NCBI RefSeq assembly: GCF_963921235.1
Contig: NC_086097.1
Location: 49,664,001 to 49,728,000 of the forward strand
Reading direction: 5' to 3'
Source of the DNA: Mobula hypostoma
Taxonomy: Eukaryota
Length of the DNA stretch: 64,000 bases
A model generated the notes under the pieces. It worked only from the letters and a program-made list of their open reading frames with translations. It was not told where the DNA came from and made no database searches. Of this stretch, positions 36,258-49,727 are shown one piece after another; the stretch's first letter is position 1; every line of letters begins with the position of its first letter. Both the position numbers and the translations under genes were made by a program.

Positions 36258-39035
36258 TAAAGTCACCTGTACTTGTAACAGCTGCCCGTATACCAACTAA
36301 TCCGCAGACGACTGCAGGACCTCCTTTGGTGCCATTCTGAGCCTCAGAAGGACCTACGGGAGATGATCATCCGTCAGGGAAGCCCTCTGAGCAGCATTTA
36401 AGGAGCGGTGAAACATTGCGGTGTGACATAGCCTAATGCCAGGGTTTTGGGCCATCACAGCCCAGAGGCCTGATGTGAACTGAGGTCCAAGGTCAGCGGA
36501 AAGATCAGATGGGCTGCAGAACCAAGCAACCAGATGCTGGTGAACACCCAAGCCACGTCTGTGTCAGCCATCGATGCAAGAGGGATAACCTCTGGCCACC
36601 TGTTGGTATGGCCCACCATGGTAAGGAAGTGCATGAAACTGTGAGAGGGGAGAAGAGGACTAACAAGGTTCACATTGACAAGGTCAAACTGTCACTCAGG
36701 GACCTCAAAAGGTACCAATGGCACCTGAGCATGAAGGTTAACTTTTGCCCCCTGAAACTCAACAAAGGCAGCACTGCAATCATGTGCATCCTTTTTGAAG
36801 CCGTGCCACATAAACTCTAGTGCAACTAGTTTCTGTGAGGCCTTCTGGCCCAGCTGCAAAAGGCTGTGAATGGAGATGAAAACAGTCCATCTCCAGTTTG
36901 CGGGCACTACCGTGTGAGGGCGATTAGTTGGGACAACACACAAGAGAGAACCAGCTTCCTCGAATTTAATGTCAGCCAAACGCTGGCCTGTGATTGCTGT
37001 TCAGTAAGCCTGCACCGCTGGGTCCGTAGCCTGGTTGGCTGCCATGCCAGCAGGGCCAACTTCAACGTGCATGGCTTCAATGGCTGGCCATGAGAGACAT
37101 GTTTCTCCTTGATGTGTTGTACAGTATATCAGTTGTGAACTCTGATATGCAGGCCAAGTGGTGTTGCTGCCGTGCTGACCGAGACTCTGGTACTTTGGCC
37201 ATCATGTGCATGAGGGCAACGGACTCTGTGAAATGGTGACCCTCTAGCAGAAAATGAAAATGGCGGATGGCCAGATAGAGACCAAGAAGCTTGTGGTCAA
37301 ACGTACTGTAACTCCTTTCGGGGGGGGGGGGCGGGGAGCGTGCAGCTGCTGGTTGAAGAAGTGGAGCGGCTGCTACACGCCTCTGACTAACTGTCCATGC
37401 AGAGCACCCACAGCGTAGTCTGAAGCGTCAGTAGTAAGGAGTGTAGCTGCATTGGGGAGCGGCACACTGATAGGGTCACGCTGGAAAGAGCTCGTTTGGT
37501 GTCATCAAGTGCCCTGGTCATGTCCGCCGACCAGTGAGGCACGTGCTTAGGGGTATTGCCTTTAAGGGCACTGTACAGGGGGAGCATAACTTCAGCAGCT
37601 CGCTGAATAAAGCGGTGACAGAAATTCACCATTCCTAAAACCTTTGCGTTATTTAGTAGTGTGGGGAAGTGGGAAATCCTTAATAGTAGTGGCTTTTGAC
37701 AGGAAGGGTTTCTGCAGAGATGCGACGGCCAAGAAAGTCAATGGTTGACTGCCCAAACTGGCATTTAGCAGGATTAATAATCAACCTGCTTTTGCTTAAG
37801 TGCCAAAGTGTGTGGAATGTGATATGTTTGGATTTGAATGCACTGGAGACAAGTACGTCATCCAGGTAAACAAAAAGAAAATCTAAATCTTTAAAACAGA
37901 GTTCGTCAGCCGTTGGAAAGTCTGTGCTGCCTTTTTCGGTCCAAACGGCCTGCACAGAAAGTCAAAGAGACCAAATAGAGTTATTGTAACCACTTTGGGA
38001 ATGTCCTCTGAGCATACAGGCACCTCATGGTAGTTCTTAAATAAGTCAACTTTTGAAAAAAAAACTTTCCAGCTAAACATGCCGCAAAGTCTTGGATGTG
38101 TGTGATCAGGATTGGTAACCTCGTTAATGCGTCAGTAATCGTCACATGGGTGGCAACCACCACCAGACCTAAGGACAACATGGAGGAGTAAAGCCCAGGA
38201 GCTATTTGACCTGCGTACAATGCCAAGTCTTTCCATGTTGGCAAACTCAGCCTTTCGCGGTTGCCTGCTTTTCTGGGTCCAGTCAACATGCACAAGTAGG
38301 ACAGTTGTGGAAATGTGGTGCTCTACCTCATTTTTTTGTGACTGCAGTTGAGAATGTGGGCTTGGTGAGGTTTGGGAATTTTCCCAGCAGCCGAGAGAAC
38401 TCAAATGCAGTGATGCATGTGCTTGACAGAGTTGTTGTGGAGAACCCACTGGGGAAGCAGGGTACCAACCCAAAGTCCTTGACATCCCCAAGCTGGCAGT
38501 TCTTAAGATCAACCAATAGTCCTTGGGTACACAGGAAATCTGCGCCAAGCAGAGGTCTAGCCACTTTAGCCAGGGTAATATGACGAACTCTGTTTTAAAG
38601 ATTTAGATTTTCTTTTTGTTTACCTGGATGACGTACTTGTCTCCAGTGCATTCAAATCCAAACATATCACATTCCACACACTTTGGCACTTAAGCAAAAG
38701 CAGGTTGATTATTAATCCTGCTAAATGCCAGTTTGGGCAGTCAACCATTGACTTTCTTGGCCGTCGCATCTCTGCAGTGGGCTCCATGTGTAATGACGCC
38801 CACCAAAGCAGAGTGTCACCCGTTGTGTCCTGTGACTCTGGATCCTGCTTCCGTTGTCGGCCTCCAGAGAGGTTTCATCACTCTTTGCCTTCTGATCAAT
38901 AGGCGATGTTGGCAGCACACTCACTTGAGCACCCGTATCATACAGGAAGCGTTGCCCTGAAAGAGTGCCCATAATGAACAGTAGATGACCCTGGCAGCTG
39001 GAACCCACGGTGTTCACAGATTTCTGATGTCATCA
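36258..39035 (-). mobile_element. Decayed Ty3/Gypsy pol region (protease, RT, RNase H, integrase); no LTRs found
   Basis: FLYDTGAQVSVLP, PLLGADFL, FSKVDL..YHEVPV, FVYLDDVLV, INPAKCQFGQSTIDFLG, RWPEVIPL, DLGPQFTSGLW in Gypsy domain order. Confidence 0.92.
38581..38777 (+). repeat. 197-bp inverted duplicate of 37712-37908
   Basis: Base-by-base reverse-complement match with no mismatches seen. Confidence 0.95.
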
Positions 39036-39184
39036 TCATTACATCATCACATCAAACCAGCCTCTTAAAGTGAACCCCATCTCAATGTCGGTGATTGTGA
39101 ATAATGCATATGTTTCCACCTTTACATTACCCCACACACTTATCAATTACTTGTGCTCATTTGCCACTTACCTACATTAAGGGG

Positions 39185-39365
39185 TAATTTATAGAAGCCA
39201 GTGAACCTACTACTACAACTCTGAGATGTGGTCGGTGTCTGCGGTACCAAACAGAAATTTATGCAGTTTCAGGGAAACTTCATTCAAACAATATCCATGG
39301 CCAGCATTGACTCCAGATCTCTGGAGTGGGAGGCAGCACAGCCAACAGCTGCACGACTGTGGCAT
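39185..39365 (-). mobile_element. Decayed V-type SINE
   Basis: GGGTAATTTATAGAAGCCAGTGAACCTAC...CTCCAGATCTCTGGAG has the same layout as 17070-17250. Confidence 0.5.
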
Positions 39366-39974
39366 CCACTGGCTGATTTCATATGTATCAGACTTCTGTA
39401 GAGAAATGTCTCATGCAATCAGTCAGTCATCCTACATAAGTCACCTGTTATGTTGGTCCATCTCATTTCATCTGTGCCCTAACAGGTTGGGAGAGAGTAA
39501 CTAAATGGTCTGACATTCTACTTATAAAATTAGATATGTAAATTGAAATATAGTTTAATGTGCCATAATACTTCAAATATGGCACCAAGTTATTGTCCTC
39601 TAGCTAAAATAAAGAGCTCTATATTGCAAACTGGATCTTCATGCATTGCACAGTACAACAGTAGAAATCATAAAGAAACCTAATCATTCCTTGTATCTGT
39701 TTCAGTTCAGGAGAGAACTGGACTGCATGCAACGGACCTTAAGATCAAACGATCACTGACATTCACATTCCAATCACTCACAAAAGGAAAGCAAAAAGAA
39801 TCAGAGGTGATTATGATTTCTGTGGAATCATTGTGTGATGATTGACACCCAAACACCTATCACCTCCCAGCTTCCTACTTCAATGCCCCTCCCACACCCC
39901 CCTATCACCTTCTAGCTTGTCCTCCTTCCTCTCTCCCCACCTTCTTATTCTGGTATCTTCCCCCCTCCTTTCCA

Positions 39975-42900
39975 TAACAACGTAACAACATAAGAAATAG
40001 GAGCCATCTGGCCTATCGAGCCTGCTCTGCCATTCAATAAGATCACGGCTGATCTGGCCATCTCCACCTACCTGCCTTTTCCCTATCACCTTTAATTCCC
40101 CTACTCTGCAAAAATCTATCCAACCTTGCCTTATATATATTTACTGAGGTAGCCTCCACTGCTTCATTAGCAGAGAATTCCACAGATTCACCACTCGCTG
40201 GGAAAAACAGTTCCTCCTCATCTCCATCCTAAATTAACTCACCTAAATCTTGAGTCTATGTCTCCTAGTCTCACCTACTCATGGAAGCAACTTTCCCGCC
40301 TCTATCTTATTTATCCCTTTCATAATTGTATACGTTTCTATAAGATTGCCTTTCATTCTTCTGAATTCCAGCAAATACTGGTCCAATCTCTCCTCATAAT
40401 CAAACTCCCTGATCTCTGGAATCAACCTGGTGAACCTCCTCTGCACCACCTCCAAAGCCAGTATATCCTTCCTCAAGTAAGGAGACCAGAACTGCACACA
40501 GTACTCCAGGTGCAACCTCAGCAGTACCCTTTCCAGTTGCAGCATGACCTCCATGCTCTAACTCCAATCCCTCTAGCAATGAAGGCCAACATCCCATTTG
40601 CTTTCTTGATAGTCTGCTGCACCTGCAAACCAACTTTTTGTGATTCATGCACAAGCACTCCCAAGTCCCTCTGCAAAGCAGCCTGCTGCAATTTTTACCA
40701 TTTAAATAATAATCTGCTCTTCCAAAGTGGATGACTTTACCAACATTGTATTCCATCTGCCAGACCCTTGCCGGACACTTAACCTATCTGTATCTCTTGC
40801 AGACTCTCCATATCTTCTGCACAATTTCCGCTCAATTTAGTATCAGCAGCAAATTTAGATACACTACACTTGGTCCCCTCCTCCAGATTGTTAACGTATA
40901 TCATGAACAGTTGCAGGCCCTGCACCAACCCCCGTGGCATACTGCTCACCACTGATTGCCAACCAGAGTAACACCCATGTATCCCAAATCTCTGCTTTCT
41001 ATTAGTTAACCAATCCTCTATCCGTGTTAATACATCACCCCCAACTCTATGCATCTTTATCTTATGCATAAGTCTCTTATATGGCACCTTATCGAACGCC
41101 TTACTGGAAATCCAAGTAAATAACGTCCATCTGCTCCCCTCTATCCACTGCACTCATTATATCCTTAAAGAACTTCAGTTTGTCAAACAGGGCCTACTTT
41201 TGCTAAATCCATGCTGCATCTACCAGATGAATCAATTTCCTTTCTTCTTTAATGAGAACTTCAAGCATTTTCCCAACTACAGATGTTAAACTAACTGGCC
41301 TGTAGTTACCTGCCTTTTGCCTATATCCGTTTTTGAACAGCGGTGTGATATTCGCTATCTTCCAATCCACTGGGACCTGCCTAGAGTCCAGATAATTTTG
41401 GTAAATTATCACCAAAGCCTCTACTATAACTTCTGTCATTTCTTTCAGTACCCTGGGATGCAGTTCATCAGGACCAGGGAACTTATCTATCTTTAGGCCC
41501 ACAAGTTTGCTGGGCACTACCTTTTTAGTGATAGCTACTGTATCAAAGTCCTCACCTCCTATTGCATCCATAACATCTCTCTTTGGCATGTTAGACGTGT
41601 CCGCCACCACGAAGACTGACACAAAATAGTCATTCAAAGCCTCTGTCATTTCCTCATTACCCAATATCAATTCCCCCTTCTCATCCTCCTAGGGACCTAT
41701 GTTACCTTTAGCCAGCCTTTTCTGCTTTATAAAATAATAAGAACTTTTACTATCTGTTTTTATATTGTGTGCTAGTTTATTTTCATAATCTAGCTTCCCT
41801 TTCTTTATTGCTTGCTTAGTGGTTCTTTGTAGCTTTCTAAGGTTTTCCCAATCTTCCAGTTTCCCACTACTCTTGGTGAATTTGTATGCACAAGCTTTTA
41901 GTTTGATGTCTTCATTTATTTCCTTAATTATCCAAGGCTGGCTCTCCCTATCCTTACAGTCCTTGCATTAACTGGAATATACCTGTCTCATTGCACAGGA
42001 CCAGATCTAAGCTAGTATGTTCCCTTGTAACATGCTGTTCAAGAAAGCCATCATGGATGCATTTTATGAAGTCCTCCTTAAGATTACCTTGACTAACTTG
42101 TTTCACCCAATCCATTGCAAGTTTAAGTCCCCCATGGTAACTGCTGTTCCACTCTTACATGCCTCAGATATTTCTCTGTTTAATGCCTGTGCCACTGTAA
42201 TGTGATTATTCAGTGACCGATAGACAACTCCCACCAGTGATTTTTTTCCCTGTACTATTCCTAATCTCTACCCAGATGGATTCAACATTCTGCTCCTTAG
42301 ATTTTATATTATCTCTCACTATCGCCCTGATCTCATCTTGAATTAAGTGTACTACCCTACTTCTCTTACCTTCCTGCTTATCCTTCCATATTACCTGATA
42401 TCCTTGGATATTTAATTTCTAATCTTCTCCACGCTGCAATCACGTCTCTGTAATGCCATTAAATTATACCCTTTTGTACTGATCTGTGCCACAAGTTTAC
42501 TGACCTTGTTTTGAATTCTACGGGCATTCAAATAAAGTGCCCTTACACTCATTGTGCTTTTAAAATCTTGCAATCTTTTACTCTTTTGCACTTGACTTTT
42601 CTTCACTCCACTCTTACTTTTCTCTTTTTTATCTTTTGTTTTTACTTTATCTTTATCCGCACTTTTCTTTTTTCACTTTATCCATACTTCTCCAATCTGT
42701 TGGACCCACTTCCTTACTATTTAGTTTAAAGCCCTGTCCACAACACTAGTTATGCGATTCGCTAGGATCCAGGTCCCATCACGGTTCAGGTGGAGCCCGT
42801 CCCATTGGTACAGCTCCCTCCTTCCCCAATACTGGTGCCAATTTCCCATGAATTCAAACTCACTTCTCCCACACCAATCCTTGAGCCATGCATTTAGCTC
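39975..42900 (-). mobile_element. CR1 LINE (ORF1 end plus internally deleted ORF2), inserted in a Penelope repeat
   Basis: LNAWLKDWC..DGLHLN (ORF1), ALYLNAR, PGPDELHPRVLKE, YRPVSLTSVVGK, LEYCVQFWSP. Penelope pieces flank it at 39860-39974 and 42901-43001. Confidence 0.9.
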
Positions 42901-45767
42901 TCCAGTTCTGATGAAGGCCTCGGCCTGAAACATTGACTGTTTATTCATTTCTACTGTTGTTGCCTGGCCTGCTGAGTTTTTCCAGTACTTTGTGTGTGTT
43001 GATCTTTTCACTCAATGCACTCCTAGTCTTCACAGACATGCAGGTTAGCGATAAATAGCTTAATTCAAACATTTTCCTACTAACAATAACAGAACCAGAC
43101 CTATTCAAATGAAACAAACACTATCAACCTGAACTAGAAATCTACTTAAATATAAATTATAAAGGATCAAAATACAGTGGAAACACATGAGCTCTCTCCC
43201 ACTAATCTAATGAAGAAGATGACGGAATGATTATATTTCATGAGATTCTCCCTAAGTTGATGCTCTCCAAAAGCAACTTGAACTGAAGATACAATACTTT
43301 CAGAGATGGATTTCACACTCATACAATTTCTACCTTTTTGTCCTTAGTCCTAAAACTACAGTTGACCTACTTCTGAAGAGCAAAACTAATTTTGAAATAT
43401 ACTTAAGCAAATGGATCAAAGAATATCCATAAAACATTAAAAACGATCAGTTCAGAGAATTCCATTATTTATCTCAGGATTTCAGTCTATACTTACTATT
43501 AGACTGAAAACAAAATCCTTGTAAATTTATAATTGATTGAATAAATCAGAAAAATAAAAAAAGATACACCTCTAGTCATGACTGATATTTGTTTAACACT
43601 ACTCTGTCTTTTACCAACTCACAGATGACGAGACCTAGTGCTTTCTTGCCTAATAACTAGATTGTTTAATATCATAAGCTGCTACTTTCAAGCGAGCATC
43701 TGGGTAAAAGGCAATAAAGCACCTTCTAAACTCTAACTAGATTAAAAGTTAATTCATCTTTATTTGCCAACTACTACATTTCTGTTACTGCACCAACTTG
43801 ATGCTATGCCAATACCACACCCCTCTCCCTGCTAACAGAACAGACCAGCTTCAAACTGTACTACAGGCTTGATGGAGATCTTTTCAGAGAAGATAAGGAA
43901 AAAAATATAGGAGTCAGTGTGTTTTTACCCCTGTATGTTAAATAAAGAACATGTGTTTACTGAGAACCTCAGTTTTGTTTGGCTATTGAGAGAGTATAGG
44001 ACTGCTTCTTTGTTAATTTTCTACGGTCACTCTCTGTAACTTTGCCTCCAGCGTACAGCTGCGGACTGTTCTGTTGTGCCTTGCATCTCAATGAGCCAGC
44101 TCAGACTGCAGTCAGGAGTACAACCCAATGGAGAGGTCAAGCTTGAGTCAGCAGACTGTCTGCACTGGGCTGGCACTCCACAGCTTAGCGATGCTCCGCA
44201 TCTTTCAATGGCCATATAAGGCAGCCCAGCATTAAAACCCCCTATTCACAATAAGGCAAATCCACTTTGCTGTTTTTTTGTATGCATTTTGGTCCTATGA
44301 ATTTTGCATTAATGAACATACAACAGACTGCATTAGGATGACTGACAATCCTATCAACAGGTTGACGAAAAATGCCAGCGTCTCAAGTGCCACTACAACC
44401 TTTTAAAGCTAAACCTTATTCTCACGCTCACACTTTACATACTGCACCTGCTTAATTACCATACCACTGTGCATGTGTTTGTGCTCAGATCGTGAACTTA
44501 CAATTAAAAGAATATGTCAATGTAACTCCAGACTTATTCTGTTAATCAACCATTCAGTTTTCTTTCCTAAATGCTGATAGACAGCAATAATTAAAAATAT
44601 TCCTAAACCTCCCATTTTACCTCTGCATGAATAAACTTGGCAAACCGATAGAGATGCAAAACAGGCTTCAAGTGACAGTTTGCTGGTAGATAGTATTCAT
44701 TTACATTACAGTTAAAGTAACAACCATCTGTATGGACCTGTGTTCTATTTTTGATATAATTTTCAAATACAATTAGAATATATAATTTATTTTTGAAGTG
44801 TATTTTTCTGCTTGTTACTTTAGGATCCCCACACATACTATTCCTTCAGCAAGAAGGAAACAATTTTAATTGTTTGTTTAAAGGTGCACACTTTATGTGA
44901 GATGTGTTCTCTGGTACCTCTCAACTCCTAACATCTGTTTACTTTTACAAGGTCTTTCGACACCCCAGTTGAACTCACTAAATTTCACTTTATAGAACCC
45001 TTTGTCTTACATTTCTCACTGCTTTAAACGCATCTATATCACTACATCCAGCAATATTGAAAATTTGTAGTTTCACTTCCCAAAAAAACACACGCTATGT
45101 GAAATTATTAAATAGTATTAAATATCTCAAGCTTCACTAACAGTAAAGTCTAGATAAATAGCAGCATGAAGGTTGTCAAAAACTTGCGATAATTTTGCAT
45201 TTTAGCCATGAGGTATGTGAAGTATTACAGAACGTATGTGAGTACTGGTCAAAGAATACTGATACAGTTTTACTGCGATAGTTGAATCACTGGTGTAGAC
45301 TCCCTAAGTCACAAATCTCAAAGTGAGACAAACACTCCTCAGTTAGTAGCTTGGGAGTTCAGAACTGATCATTGCATTATTTACTGATTATTAGGCTCCC
45401 TGCAGGTAAATTTACCCAATTCACATCATCCAGAAAATGGGCCAATGAAAACCGAGCATGCTTTAGTTTGATAAACAAAAGGTAAATGTTAGTAAAAATT
45501 ATTGTGTTAAAGTTCAGACGGAAAATTAGGACAAAGCTTATGACATATATGTTTATTTATGCAGAAATTGAATAGCAACTTCAGGGAAATATTGAGACCC
45601 ATGTTGCTGCTGAATTGTTTCAATCATCTATATAATATATATATATATCCATTTCAAAAGTATTCAATAGCTTGTCATTCCTGTACTTAGATCATGGATA
45701 TGAACTAAAGTTCTCACAAAAGTTTAATCTATTCAGTTTGTGTCAAGATTGCCACCTAGTTACCAGT

Positions 45768-46116
45768 TTAGAACATAGAAATTTACAGGCCCTTCGGCCC
45801 ATAATGTTGTGCTGACCATGTAACCTACTCTAGAAACTGCCTAGAATTTCCCTACCGCATATCTCTCTATTTTTCTAAGCTCCATGTACATATCCTAGAG
45901 TCTCTTAGAAGACCCTATTAAAAGCCTCCACCATCGTCACCAGCAGTGCATTCCACGCACCCACCACTCTCTGTGTGAAAAACTTATCTCTGACATCCCC
46001 TTGTACCTACTTCTGAGCACCTTAAAACTATGCCCCCTCATGTTAGCCACTTCAGCCCTGGGAAAAAGCCTCTGGCTATCCACACAATCAATGCCTCTCA
46101 TCATCCTATACACCTA
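45768..46116 (-). mobile_element. CR1 3' end fragment
   Basis: Similar to 18626-18985. Confidence 0.85.
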
Positions 46117-46524
46117 TAATAATTTTAATTTCTCAATTACTACAGAAGAATTATTCTTACACTTCAAACTTAATTTTACAAGTCTTTAATGAAATTTTTA
46201 AAGAATAAAACTACATTAAAGTTTTATATCTATTTAACTCTGTCCTAACCCACTCCTTACTTCTTATTTTGCTTTCGGTATCTCATTAATAGAGAAACTA
46301 TTCGAATTTACATATCCTACTTCAATCCCTTCAAACTGCTCTTCAATTCAATTAGTTTATGAGACGTCTAGAAGCTTGATTTGTTCACTGAGATCTAAAA
46401 TGGATTGAAAGGTAGTGCATTGTCTAAATCTCTAACATGAAGCAATTACAGTACTTGCAAGTGTCTCAGGATTAACTCTAAATCTGGTAAATGGTGCTGA
46501 TTTCAGCAAGTTCTTTTGTTAGTA

Positions 46525-47040
46525 CACTCTGTGACCACTTTATTAGGTACCTCATGTTCATGATCTTCTGCTGTTGTAGTCCATTGACTTCAAGGTCTGG
46601 CATGTTGTTCAGAGATGCTCTTCTGCATACCACTAATGCAATGCATGATTCTTTGAGCTACCGTCACCTTGAACCTGTCTGGCCATTCTCCTCTGATTTC
46701 TGTCAGTAACAAGGTACTTTCTCCTACAGAACTACTGCTCACTGGATGTCTTGTTATTTTGCACCATACTCTGTAAATTCTAGTGATTGCTGTGCATGAA
46801 AATCCCAGGAGATCAGCAGTTTTTGAGCTACTCAAACCACCGCGTCTGGCATCAACAATCATTCCATGGTCAAAGTCATTTAGATCACATTTCTTCCCCA
46901 TTCTGATATTTAGCCTGAAAAACAACTGAACCTCTTGACCATGCGAGCATGCTTTTATTTATTGAGTTGCTGCCATATGATTGGCTGATTAAATATTTGC
47001 ATTAATGAGCAGGTGTACCTAAAAAAGTGGCCTCTGAGTG
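46525..47040 (-). mobile_element. Tc1-derived non-autonomous element with TA target duplication
   Basis: TA|CACTCTGTGACCACTTTATTAGGTAC...GTACCTAAAAAAGTGGCCTCTGAGTG|TA; transposase N-terminal HTH remnant MGKKCDLNDFDHGMIVDARRGGLSSSKTADLLGFS. Confidence 0.9.
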
Positions 47041-47244
47041 TATATGATAGTACCTGCAATTTAGCATTTTAATAAAGTGTACAGTTTTGCAATATGACTA
47101 CATTGTAGCATTAATATGCAGTAATGTTCAGACATCCAGTCTACATTACTCTCTGGGGAAAAGTTCATTCTGTGTGTTGGTATGAGGTGAGTCAATTTTG
47201 TTCTACAAACATTACAAATGTACTCAACACAATGAGAATGTTTA

Positions 47245-47515
47245 AATTTAGTGATACAGCGTGGAGTGGGCCCTTCTGGCCTTTCAACCCTTGCCGCCCC
47301 AGCGACGGCCAACAAACCCGATTAGCCCGAGCCTACTCACCAGATAACTTAGAATGACCAATTAACCTACCGAGCACACCTTTGAATTGCGGGAGGAAAG
47401 CCACGCATTCTTTAGGGAGGGCATACAGAAACTCCTTACAGAAGCAACCAGAATTGAACTCCACACACTGGATGCCTTGAGCTGTAATAGCATCGCTTCA
47501 GATACGGCAGCCCAG
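47245..47515 (-). mobile_element. V-type SINE
   Basis: Similar to 16961-17253 (GGCCCTTCTGGCCT..., AATGACCAATTAACCTAC, AAACTCCTTACAGA). Confidence 0.7.
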
Positions 47516-47759
47516 ATTTTGTTCATAGGACAATAAGCTCTTGGGTTCTCTGCTGGTCCACAGGTCCAAGGCCAGTTAGAACTGGAACATCATTTACAGT
47601 TCCAATGATTTCAATGCAGGTGATAGGGCTACAGAAAATTAGTTTCATCCAGTACCTTCAATTATTTAGAAATGTCTTTAAACATTGCTCTTTGCAAATT
47701 ATTTAATTATTTTAAAAATGCATCCGCATGTCTGAAACAAATACTTTTAAAAACCTATT

Positions 47760-49727
47760 GTCTGGCCGACCTATTGTCTCAGCTTGCTCCTGCCCCACCG
47801 AACTCATTTCTGCATACCTCGACACTGTTTTATCACCCCTTGTTCAATCCCTTCCGACCTATGTTCGTGACACTTCTCACGCTCTTAAACTTTTCGATGA
47901 TTTTAAGTTCCCTGGCCCCCACCGCTTTATTTTCACCATGGATGTCCAGTCCTTATATACTTCCATCCCCCATCAGGAAGGTCTCAAAGCTCTACGCTTC
48001 TTTTTGGATTCCAGACCTAATCAGTTCCCCTCTACCACCACTCTGCTCCGTCTAGCGGAATTAGTCCTTACTCTTAATAATGTCTCCTTTGGCTCCTCCC
48101 ACTTCCTCCAAACTAAAGGTGTAGCTATGGGCACCCGTATGGGTCCTAGCTATGCCTGCCTTTTTGTTGGGTTTGTGGAACAATCTATGTTCCGTGCCTA
48201 TTCTGGTATCTGTCCCCCCACTTTTCCTTCGCTACATCGACGACTGCATTGGCGCTGCTTCCTGCACGCATGCAGAACTCGTTGACTTTATTAACTTTGC
48301 CTCCAACTTTCACCCTGCCCTCAAGTTTACCTGGTCCAGTTCCAACACCTCCCTCCCCTTTCTAGATCTTTCTGTCTCTGTCTCTGGAGGCAGCTTATCC
48401 ACTGATGTCTACTATAAGCCTACTGACTCTCACAGCTATCTGGACTATTCCTCTTCTCACCCTGTCTCTTGCAAAAACGCCATCCACTTCTCACAATTCC
48501 TCCGTCTCCGCCGCATCTGCTCTCAGGATGAGGCTTTTCATTCTAGGACGAGGGAGATGTCTTCCTTTTTTAAAGAAAGGGGCTTCCCTTCCTCCACTAT
48601 CAACTCTGCTCTTAAACGCATCTCCCCCATTTCACGTACATCTGCTCTCACTCCATCCTCCCGCCACCCCACTAGGAATAGGGTTCCCCTGGTCCTCACC
48701 TACCACCCCACCAGCCTCCAGGTCCAACATATTATTCTCCGTAACTTCCGCCGCCTCCAACGGGATCCCACCACTAAGCACATCTTTCTCTCCCCCGCAT
48801 CTCTGCTTTCCGCAGGGATCGCTCCCTACACAACTCCCTTGTCCATTCGTCCCCCCCATCCCTCCCCACTGATCTCCCTCCTGGCACTTATCCGTGTAAG
48901 CGCAACAAGTGCTACAAATGCCCTTACACTTCCTCCCTTACCACCATTCAGGGCCCCAAACAGTCCTTCCAGGTGAGGCGGCACTTCACCTGTGAGTCGA
49001 CTGGGGTGATATACTGCGTCCGGTGCTCCCGATGTGGCCTTTTATATATTGGCGAGACCCGACGCAGACTGGGAGACCGCTTTGCTGAACATCTACGCTC
49101 TGTCCGCCAGAGAAAGCAGGATCTCCCAGTGGCCACACATTTTAATTCCACATCCCACTCCCATTCTGATATGTCTATCCACGGCCTCCTCTACTGTAAA
49201 GATGAAGCCACACTCAGGTTGGAGGAACAACACCTTATATTCCGTCTGGGTAGCCTCCAACCTGATGGCATGAACATCGACTTCTCTAACTTCCGCTAAG
49301 GCCCCACCTCCCCCTCGTACCCCATCTGTTACTCATTTTTATGCACACATTCTTTCTCTCACTCTCCTTTTTCTCCCTCTGTCCCTCTGAATATACCTCT
49401 TGCCCATCCTCTGGGTTCCCCACCCCCTTGTCTTTCTTCCTGGACCTCCTGTCCCATGATCCTCTCGTATCCCCTTTTGCCAATCATCTGTCCAGCTCTT
49501 GGCTCCATCCCTCCCCCTCCTGTCTTCTCCTATCATTTTGGATCTCCCCCTCCCCCTCCAACTTTCAAATCCCTTACTCACTCTTCCTTCAGTTAGTCCT
49601 GACGAAGGGTCTCGGCCTGAAACGTCGACTGCACCTCTTCCTATAGATGCTGCTTGGCCTGCTGCGTTCACCAGCAACTTTGATGTATGTTGCTTGAATT
49701 TCCAGCATCTGCAGAATTCCTGTTGTT
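47760..49727 (+). mobile_element. Young 5'-truncated Penelope-like element (RT, GIY-YIG endonuclease, terminal repeat)
   Basis: GRPIVSAC, FTMDVQSLYTSIPH, GVAMGTRMGPSYA, FLRYIDDC, PFLDL, VYYKPTDSH, GVIYCVRCSRCGLLYIGET; few frameshifts. Confidence 0.96.
49595..49630 (+). ncRNA. Minimal type I hammerhead ribozyme motif in the Penelope terminal repeat
   Basis: AGTC (stem I), CTGACGA, A, GGGT-CTCG-GCCT (stem II), GAAA, CG, TC, GACT (stem I partner). Palindromic ACGT replaces stem III; predicted cleavage after GUC at 49626. Confidence 0.8.

Noticed and set aside
39706..39806. Possible plus-strand exon (tttcag|...gag|gtgatt)
   Set aside because: Weak donor, unrecognisable peptide and no partner exons.
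44212..44221. CArG box CCATATAAGG
   Set aside because: Several matches are expected by chance in 64 kb of AT-rich DNA; no supporting context.
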